A stretch of 64,000 nucleotides of DNA from an uncultured delta proteobacterium (lineage in GTDB: Bacteria > Desulfobacterota > Binatia > HRBIN30 > BPIQ01), in contig CAVXGR010000011.1 of the NCBI GenBank assembly GCA_963761335.1, forward strand, positions 160,001 to 224,000, given 5' to 3'. The notes beneath the pieces are model-generated. The model was given only the letters and a program-made list of their open reading frames with translations, had not been told where the DNA came from and made no database searches. This document shows, piece after piece, positions 57,628-64,000 of the stretch. A program made the translations under genes and the position numbers. Position 1 is the first letter of the stretch. Every line of letters starts with the position of its first letter.

Positions 57628-58734
57628 TCAGGCGGCGGCGGCAACCGACGAGGCAGCGCGGCGCTGCGCAGCGCCGGCGGCATCAATGTCGCCGAGCAGC
57701 GTGTAGGCCTGCGCCAGGGTGCGCCAGATCGCCGCGTCCTGCGGCTGTTGCCGCGCCGCTTCGCGCAGGTGCGCCACCGCGGGCTCGGCGTAGCCTCCGC
57801 GCAGCAGAGCGCGTCCCAGCCGCCAGCGCGGCTCCCAGGCCATCGGCTCCGCCTCGATCGCCGACAGCAGCTCAGCGAAGTCGATCTCCTCGAACACCTC
57901 CGCCGGCGCCTGTGCCGAGCACTTGCGGTAGAGGAGCACCCCGGGAGCCACGTGGCGGTCGAGCGGCGAGAAGACCTGCAGGTCGTGCTCTCCCGGCCCG
58001 ACCAGCAGAAAGCCGCCGCTGCGCAGGCGGCGCAGCAGCCGCGTCCCCAGCCGGCTGGCGGCATCGGCGCACAGGCGCGAGAGCAGGCCGCGGCAGATCA
58101 CCATGTGAAAGTTGCTCTTCAGCGGACCGGCATCCTGCCCGGGGACGAGGCTGCGCGTCTCGAAGCGCACCCGCGCCCGCAGCGCCGGGAGCACCTGCCA
58201 GCAGCGGTCCAGATGGCGGAAGTGGCGCTCGCGATTGTCGTCGGGCGCGTTGCGCAGCGCCGAATCGGTCAGCAAACCCGTGCGCCCGACCTCGGCGAAG
58301 AACGGGTCGGAGTGCGTGGCCACGATGTCCAGGCGCTTGCGCGGCGCCGCCAGAGCCATGCAGGAGGCGACGGCAAAGACGTCGGCGGGGTCAGCCGCCT
58401 CGGCGACCCAGCAGGAGAGGACGCCGTCCTCGCGGGCGGCGTTGCTCAGCTCTGCGGCGGCGGCGGCCAGCTCCTGCCAGTCGTCCAGTCGGGCTCCGGT
58501 CTCCGGCCGCAGGGCGCGCTCGAACTCCAGCCACAGGCCGGTCTCGGAGCTCTTCGCGAGAACTCCGAGGAGAACCGCGGGATCGATGCGCAGACGCTGT
58601 GCAACAGCGTCGATGGCAGCATCCAGATGGTCGGGGCAGGAGCAGAGCCAAGCCGTCTTCTGCCCCACTCGCTTGCGCAAGCGGTCTTCCCAGGTAGCGA
58701 TCGCCGATCTACTCACTTTTGCGTCATCCTTCAC
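57628..58734 (-). CDS. Degenerate CheR-type methyltransferase with C-terminal TPR
   Basis: RERHF, LRARVRF, FHMVICR, LRSGGFLLVGPGE (CheR C-terminus) and TPR helices; the canonical AGC-STGEE SAM-site motif is missing. Confidence 0.65.
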   Translation of the reverse strand: MKDDAKVSRSAIATWEDRLRKRVGQKTAWLCSCPDHLDAAIDAVAQRLRIDPAVLLGVLAKSSETGLWLEFERALRPETGARLDDWQELAAAAAELSNAAREDGVLSCWVAEAADPADVFAVASCMALAAPRKRLDIVATHSDPFFAEVGRTGLLTDSALRNAPDDNRERHFRHLDRCWQVLPALRARVRFETRSLVPGQDAGPLKSNFHMVICRGLLSRLCADAASRLGTRLLRRLRSGGFLLVGPGEHDLQVFSPLDRHVAPGVLLYRKCSAQAPAEVFEEIDFAELLSAIEAEPMAWEPRWRLGRALLRGGYAEPAVAHLREAARQQPQDAAIWRTLAQAYTLLGDIDAAGAAQRRAASSVAAAA

Positions 58735-58746
58735 CGATGCGCATCA

Positions 58747-58762
58747 CCAAGCCGCGTGCCAA
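58747..58762 (-). promoter_or_regulatory. Possible sigma54 promoter of the cheR-like gene
   Basis: TTGGCACGCGGCTTGG: perfect -24 box, -12 is TTGG rather than TTGC. Confidence 0.45.
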
Positions 58763-58961
58763 CCAAGAAAGACGTGACCCTCCGACAGAATGCGTGCAGG
58801 TGCGGTCCGCGAGGAGGCCTGCAGGCGTCATTAAAATGCGCGAAGTGGCGGCACCGCGCGGTGCCGCAAGGTGAGTCGACAGGCAGATGCCCAGTCGCGC
58901 GCTTCGACGTTCGTTGGCAGCCGATTCAAATCGCCGCCGCTTTCCGATAAGGTGCGCCGTC

Positions 58962-60338
58962 ATGCCGCAGATGCGCCACAAAGCCTGGAGCGGCCGCCTC
59001 GGAGCGGCGACGCACCCGCTGGTCGAGGCCTTCACCACCTCGCTTCCGGTTGACCGCCGACTCTACGCCTACGACATCGACGGCAGTATCGCCCACTGTC
59101 AGATGTTGGCGAGACAGAGAATCATCTCCAGCCGCGAGGCGGCGCGTATCGTCAACGGCTTGCGGCAGATTCGCACCGAGATCGACCGCGGAAAGTTCCG
59201 CTGGCTGCCGAGCGACGAGGACATCCACATGGCGGTGGAGCGTCGCCTGATGGAGAAGATCGGCGGGCTCGGCGGCAAGCTGCACACGGCACGCAGCCGC
59301 AACGACCAGGTTGCCCTAGACATTCGCATGTATCTGCGCGACCAGATCGACGCCCTGCGGGAGGACATCCGCGCCCTGCAGCGCGCCCTGGGTCAGCTGG
59401 CGCGCCGGCACGCCGCGGCGATCATGCCGGGCTACACCCATCTGCAGCCGGCGCAGCCGATCCTCTTCGCGCATCATCTGCTCGCCTACGTCGACATGCT
59501 GGAGCGCGACTCCGGGCGCCTGCGCGACTGCCGGCGGCGAGTCGACGTCCTGCCGCTCGGCGCCGGGGCGCTGGCCGGCACCACCTTCCCGATCGATCCG
59601 AAGTTCGTCGCCCGGCAGCTCGGCTTCCGCCGCATCGCCGACAACAGCCTCGACGCCGTCGCCAGCCGCGACGTGGCGGTGGAGTTTCTCGCCGGCCTCG
59701 CCATTGCCGGCATGCACCTCAGCCGCCTGGGCGAGGAGCTGGTCCTGTGGTCGTCACAGGAGTTCGGCTTCGTCACCCTCCCCGACGCCTTCGCCACCGG
59801 CAGCTCGATGATGCCGCAGAAGAAGAACCCCGACGTCGCCGAGCTGGTGCGCGGTCGCAGCGGCCGCCTGTACGGCAACCTGATCGGTCTGCTCACCGTG
59901 CTCAAGGGTCTGCCGCTCGCCTACAACCGCGATCTGCAGGAGGACAAGCAGCCGCTCTTCGACAGCGTCGACGTGTTGCGCGCCTCGCTCGCGGTGCTTG
60001 CCGCCATGCTGCCGCACCTGACGGTGAACTCCGGCCGCATGCGCACCGCCTCCGAGGCCGGCTTCACTCTGGCCACCGACCTGGCCGACTATCTCGTCGG
60101 CCGCGGCCTGCCGTTTCGCCAGGCACACGAGGTCGTGGGCCAGGTGGTGCGGCACTGTCTCGAGTCCGGGCGCACCTTGCAGGAGCTGAGCCTCGACGAG
60201 CTGCGCTCCTTCTCGCCGAAGTTCGAGGCGCGCGTGCGCAACTGGCTGGCGCCGGAAGCCGCGGTGGCGCGGCGCCGCGCCGGGGGCGGCACGGCCCCCC
60301 GCAACGTCATGCGGCGCCTGCGCGCCCTGGGCGTATGA
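58962..60338 (+). CDS. argH: Argininosuccinate lyase
   Basis: EDIHM, HTARSRNDQ, MPGYTHLQ and GSSMMPQKKNPD motifs. Confidence 0.97.
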   Translation: MPQMRHKAWSGRLGAATHPLVEAFTTSLPVDRRLYAYDIDGSIAHCQMLARQRIISSREAARIVNGLRQIRTEIDRGKFRWLPSDEDIHMAVERRLMEKIGGLGGKLHTARSRNDQVALDIRMYLRDQIDALREDIRALQRALGQLARRHAAAIMPGYTHLQPAQPILFAHHLLAYVDMLERDSGRLRDCRRRVDVLPLGAGALAGTTFPIDPKFVARQLGFRRIADNSLDAVASRDVAVEFLAGLAIAGMHLSRLGEELVLWSSQEFGFVTLPDAFATGSSMMPQKKNPDVAELVRGRSGRLYGNLIGLLTVLKGLPLAYNRDLQEDKQPLFDSVDVLRASLAVLAAMLPHLTVNSGRMRTASEAGFTLATDLADYLVGRGLPFRQAHEVVGQVVRHCLESGRTLQELSLDELRSFSPKFEARVRNWLAPEAAVARRRAGGGTAPRNVMRRLRALGV

Positions 60339-60862
60339 GGCGCATGAGACGGGGTGCGCTCAGGGCAGCGGCGGCGATGCTGGCGGCCGCCGGCTCCTTG
60401 GCTGCCGCCGGAGCGCTCCCGGGCTGCGGCCGCAAGGGCGCGGTGAAGCCGCCGCAGCTCGTCGTCCCGGCGCCCATCGAGGACCTCGCCGCCGGCAACC
60501 AGGTGGAAGGCGTCGCCCTCACCTGGAGCCGGCCGACCGACTACGCCGACGGCACGCGCATGAACGACCTCGGCGGCTTCACGGTGCAGCGCGCTGCCGG
60601 TGGGACGACCTCGTTCTCGACGATCGCCACCCTGCCGGTGACCGACCGCGAGCGCTTCCGCCAGGTGAAGCGATTCCGCACCGCGGACGCCGCCGTCGAT
60701 GCGGGAGTGACCTACCGCTACCGGGTTGTCTCCTTCACCGTCGACGGCTACGCTAGCGCTCCGTCGAACATCGCTTCCGTCACGCGTCAGGTGCCGGCAC
60801 CGACGCCCGGCGCGGCGGAGGGCGGCGCAACCGGGAACGAACCTCCGAGACCAACGCCATGA
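60335..60862 (+). CDS. Lipoprotein with LptM/LppL-like CGxKG motif and fibronectin-III-like domain
   Basis: Signal peptide + C-GRKGAVKPP, LTWSRP and TYRYRV; conserved position after argH; ATGA overlaps at both ends. Confidence 0.78.
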   Translation: MRRMRRGALRAAAAMLAAAGSLAAAGALPGCGRKGAVKPPQLVVPAPIEDLAAGNQVEGVALTWSRPTDYADGTRMNDLGGFTVQRAAGGTTSFSTIATLPVTDRERFRQVKRFRTADAAVDAGVTYRYRVVSFTVDGYASAPSNIASVTRQVPAPTPGAAEGGATGNEPPRPTP

Positions 60863-61698
60863 GCCAGATCCGCTTCACCAAGATGCACGGCATCGGCAAC
60901 GACTACGTCTACGTCGACTGCCTCCAGCAGCGACCTGCCGATCCCGCCGCCCTGGCGCAGCGCCTCAGCCCGCGGCGCACCGGCATCGGCGCCGACGGCC
61001 TGATCCTCATCTGCCCGTCGACTCTCGCCGACTGCCGCATGGAGATGTACAACGCCGACGGCAGCCGCGGCGAGATGTGCGGCAACGGCATCCGCTGCGT
61101 CGGCAAGTATGCCTTCGAGCACGGCCTGAGCCGCGCCAACCCGATGCGCGTCGAGACCGACGCCGGCATCAAGACTCTGGCCCTCGACATCGCGGACGGG
61201 TCGGTCCGCCGCGTCACCGTGGACATGGGAGAGCCGATTCTCGACGGCCCGGCGATCCCGGTCGCCGCCGAGGGCCGGGTGATCGATTGGCCGTTCGAGA
61301 TCCTCGGCCAAGCCTACCGCATCACCTGCGTGTCCATGGGAAACCCGCACTGCGTCGTCTTCGTCGACTCGGTGGCCGCTCTCGACCTGCCCCGCCTCGG
61401 CCCGGCCTTCGAGCGACACGCGTTCTTCCCGCAGCGCGTCAATACCGAGTTCGTCGAGGTGCAGAGCCCCACCGAGCTGCGCATGCGCGTCTGGGAGAGA
61501 GGCTCCGGCGAGACGGCGGCGTGCGGCACCGGAGCCTGTGCCGTGGTCGTGGCGGCGGTGCTCAACGACAGGTCCGCCCGCCGCGCCCAGGTGCACCTCA
61601 ACGGCGGCGATCTCGACATCGAGTGGCGCGCCGCGGACGGCCACGTGCTCATGACCGGACCCGCCGAGGAGGTCTTTCACGGCGAGCTCGCCGAGTGA
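60859..61698 (+). CDS. dapF: Diaminopimelate epimerase
   Basis: KMHGIGND, EMCGNG, MGNPH and ERGSGETAACGTG motifs. Confidence 0.97.
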   Translation: MSQIRFTKMHGIGNDYVYVDCLQQRPADPAALAQRLSPRRTGIGADGLILICPSTLADCRMEMYNADGSRGEMCGNGIRCVGKYAFEHGLSRANPMRVETDAGIKTLALDIADGSVRRVTVDMGEPILDGPAIPVAAEGRVIDWPFEILGQAYRITCVSMGNPHCVVFVDSVAALDLPRLGPAFERHAFFPQRVNTEFVEVQSPTELRMRVWERGSGETAACGTGACAVVVAAVLNDRSARRAQVHLNGGDLDIEWRAADGHVLMTGPAEEVFHGELAE

Positions 61699-61723
61699 CG
61701 GCGCAGAACAGTCGAGGAGACAG

Positions 61724-62608
61724 ATGCCCCTAGACATCGAAGGTGTAATCCCGGCGCTGATCACGCCCTTCCGCAGCGGCGCCATCGACACCGAGGCGCT
61801 CGGCAGATTGGTGGACTTCTGCGTCGACAACGGCGCCGGTGCCGTCGCCCCCTGCGGCAGCACCGGAGAGTCGGCGACCCTGACGCACGCGGAGCACGCC
61901 GAGGTCGTGCGCCTGGTGGTGAAGATGGTGCGCGGCCGCGTGCCGGTGATCGCCGGCACCGGCTCGAACTCCACCGCCGAGGCGATCACTCTGACCAGAG
62001 CCGCCAAGGAGGCCGGCGCCGACGCCGCCCTGCTGATCTCTCCCTACTACAATAGGCCGACCCAGGAGGGGATCTATCGGCACTACGAAGCGATCGCCCG
62101 GGCGACGTCCTTCCCGCTCATCGTCTACAACATCCCCGGCCGCACGGCGTCGAAGATCGAGGCCAGCACCATCGCCCGGCTGGCGGAGATCGAGTGGATC
62201 ATCGGCCTCAAGGAGGCCACCGGGTCTCTCGACGAGGTCCAGGAGGTGGCGCGTCTGTGCGGCGATCGCCTGGCGATCTACTCCGGAGACGATTCACTGA
62301 CTCTGCCGATCATGGCGGTCGGCGGCCGCGGGGTGATCTCGGTGAGCGCCAACATCATTCCCGGGGAATGCGCCGAGATGGCCGCCGCGGCGCGCCGCGG
62401 CGAGTGGGTCCGGGCGCGGGAGCTGCACTTCCGCATGCTGCCGCTGATCCGCGCCCTGTTCCTCGAGACCAATCCGATTCCGGTGAAGGCGGCGCTGGCG
62501 GCGATGGGCTTCTGCGGCGACGAGCTGCGCCTGCCGCTGCTGCCGATGTCGCCCGGGCCGCGCCAGCAGCTGCTCGAAGTCATGAGGTCCTTCGGCCTGA
62601 TCCGCTGA
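61724..62608 (+). CDS. dapA: 4-hydroxy-tetrahydrodipicolinate synthase
   Basis: GSTGES, PYYN, YNIPGRT, GLKEA and ETNPIPVK motifs. Confidence 0.96.
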   Translation: MPLDIEGVIPALITPFRSGAIDTEALGRLVDFCVDNGAGAVAPCGSTGESATLTHAEHAEVVRLVVKMVRGRVPVIAGTGSNSTAEAITLTRAAKEAGADAALLISPYYNRPTQEGIYRHYEAIARATSFPLIVYNIPGRTASKIEASTIARLAEIEWIIGLKEATGSLDEVQEVARLCGDRLAIYSGDDSLTLPIMAVGGRGVISVSANIIPGECAEMAAAARRGEWVRARELHFRMLPLIRALFLETNPIPVKAALAAMGFCGDELRLPLLPMSPGPRQQLLEVMRSFGLIR

Positions 62609-62609
62609 G

Positions 62610-63419
62610 ATGGCGACCGAGCTGATCATCTGCGGCGCCGCCGGGCGCATGGGGCGAATGCTGATCTCGCTGGCGGCGCAGAGCTCCGAGCTGCGCCTCG
62701 CCGGCGCCGTCGAGGCCGCCGGAGTTGCGGCGCTCGGCAGCGACGCCGGCGAGGTCGCCGGGGTCGGCCGGTTGGGGGTCCCCATCTCGAGCGATTACGC
62801 TCCCCTGGCCCGACCCACGGCCGTGACTCTCGATTTCACCAACGCCGAGGCGGCGCTCGAGCACCTGCGCATCGCCGTCGACAGCGGCGCCCCGATCGTC
62901 ATCGGCAGCACCGGCTTCGACGCCGCGCAACAGGCGGAGCTCGAGCGGCTGGGGCCGCAGACGCGCTCGGTGATCTCCCCCAACATGAGCGTCGGCGTCA
63001 ACGTGCTGCTCGGCCTGGTCGGCGCTGCGGCGCGGGCGCTGGGCGACGCCTTCGACCCGGAGATCATCGAGATCCACCACCGCATGAAGGTCGACGCCCC
63101 CAGCGGCACCGCCCTCTCTCTGGCGCGCGCCGCCGCCGAGGCGCTGGGCCGCGACCTGCAGCGCCACGGCGTCTACGGGCGACAGGGGCTCGTCGGCAAG
63201 CGCACCGACGACGAGATCGGCGTCATGGCCCTGCGCGGCGGCGACGCCATCGGCGACCACACCGTCATGTTCGTCGGCATGGGCGAGCGCCTCGAGCTCA
63301 CCCACCGCGCCCAGAGCCGCGAGTGCCTGGCGCGCGGCGCCCTGCGCGCCGCCCAGTGGCTGGCGCAGCAGATCCAGCCGGGCCGCTACTCGATGGCCGA
63401 CGTGCTCGGGCTTCGCTAG
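62610..63419 (+). CDS. dapB: 4-hydroxy-tetrahydrodipicolinate reductase
   Basis: GAAGRMG and EIHHRMKVDAPSGTA motifs. Confidence 0.96.
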   Translation: MATELIICGAAGRMGRMLISLAAQSSELRLAGAVEAAGVAALGSDAGEVAGVGRLGVPISSDYAPLARPTAVTLDFTNAEAALEHLRIAVDSGAPIVIGSTGFDAAQQAELERLGPQTRSVISPNMSVGVNVLLGLVGAAARALGDAFDPEIIEIHHRMKVDAPSGTALSLARAAAEALGRDLQRHGVYGRQGLVGKRTDDEIGVMALRGGDAIGDHTVMFVGMGERLELTHRAQSRECLARGALRAAQWLAQQIQPGRYSMADVLGLR

Positions 63420-64000
63420 GCGAAGGCCTTGCGGATGCGCTCCATGGCTTCCTTCAGGCGGGCGTCGGGAATGGTCAGGGAGAAGCGGACGTAGCCGTCG
63501 CCGTGCAGTCCGTAGGCGGCGCCAGCCGCCACCACCACGTGGCAGCGCTCGAAGAGCTGCGTGGCGAAGTCGATGCTCGAGACCCCTTTCGGCGTCGGCA
63601 CCCACAGGTAGAAGGTGCCGCGCGCCGGCGTGTAGCTGAGGCCGATCTGGCGCAGCGTGTCGAGCACCAGCTGCCGCCGGCGCGCGTAGATGGCCATCAT
63701 CACGTCGATGTGGCCACCGCACTCGTCCAAGGCGGTGATGCCGGCGTACTGGATGGCGTTGAACACGCCCGAGTCGGTGTTCTCCTTGACCTGCGATATG
63801 GCGGCGATCAGATCGGCGTTGCCGAGAGCCATGCCGAGCCGCCAGCCGGTCATGTTGAACGGCTTGGACAGCGAGTTGAGCTCGACGCCGACGTCCTTGG
63901 CCCCGGGAACCGAGAGAAAGCTGAGCGGCCGCTCGCCGTCGAAGACGATCTCGATGTACGGGTTGTCGTAGCAGACCGCGACGTCGTACGTCTTGGCCCA
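63416..64000 (-). CDS. dapL: PLP class I/II aminotransferase, probably LL-diaminopimelate aminotransferase (C-terminal part)
   Basis: YDNPY...NSLSKPFNMTGWRLG, KENTDSG and YVRFSL motifs; adjacent to dapF/A/B. Confidence 0.72.
   Translation of the reverse strand, partial: WAKTYDVAVCYDNPYIEIVFDGERPLSFLSVPGAKDVGVELNSLSKPFNMTGWRLGMALGNADLIAAISQVKENTDSGVFNAIQYAGITALDECGGHIDVMMAIYARRRQLVLDTLRQIGLSYTPARGTFYLWVPTPKGVSSIDFATQLFERCHVVVAAGAAYGLHGDGYVRFSLTIPDARLKEAMERIRKAFA

Overview
High-GC (roughly 68-70%) bacterial chromosome segment. Gene content and protein style suggest a deltaproteobacterium-like organism, possibly Candidatus Binatia (inference only). In order along the window: a split-subunit Mrp-type Na+/H+ antiporter operon; an MFS transporter followed by four 222-bp palindromic repeat units and a copied gene tail; gltX; a 7.63-kb phage-satellite-like element in tRNA-Glu(CTC); tRNA-Glu and tRNA-Gln; norR and ric, each with a matching three-site operator array; an STT3-like oligosaccharyltransferase; glnS; DMT, GNAT and GT-C/PA14 genes; a secreted S1 protease; modABC; a hybrid PAS kinase; a GST remnant; and an SDR. 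The satellite has 28-bp att repeats, a tyrosine integrase whose C-terminus crosses att, Xis/AlpA-type HTH proteins, a DUF3854-DUF927 primase-helicase with an iteron array, and a serine resolvase. At 35.7-40.5 kb is an accessory cluster that looks like a novel peptide-modification (RiPP-like) system: GT2, GT10, an HPr-kinase-like protein, a PqqD/RRE fused to a twin-arginine leader and a G-x-T core, and GT2-TPR. All three glycosyltransferases are frameshifted. After it come an unusual double-hotdog-dehydratase-A-T-TE enzyme, thiC, a sigma54 two-component set, leuCD, alkaline phosphatase, Usp, a sigma54-driven small ORF, a sigma70 factor, a degenerate CheR-TPR, argH, a lipoprotein, dapF-dapA-dapB and a partial DapL-like aminotransferase. 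All calls come from reading motifs by eye; no database searches were run.
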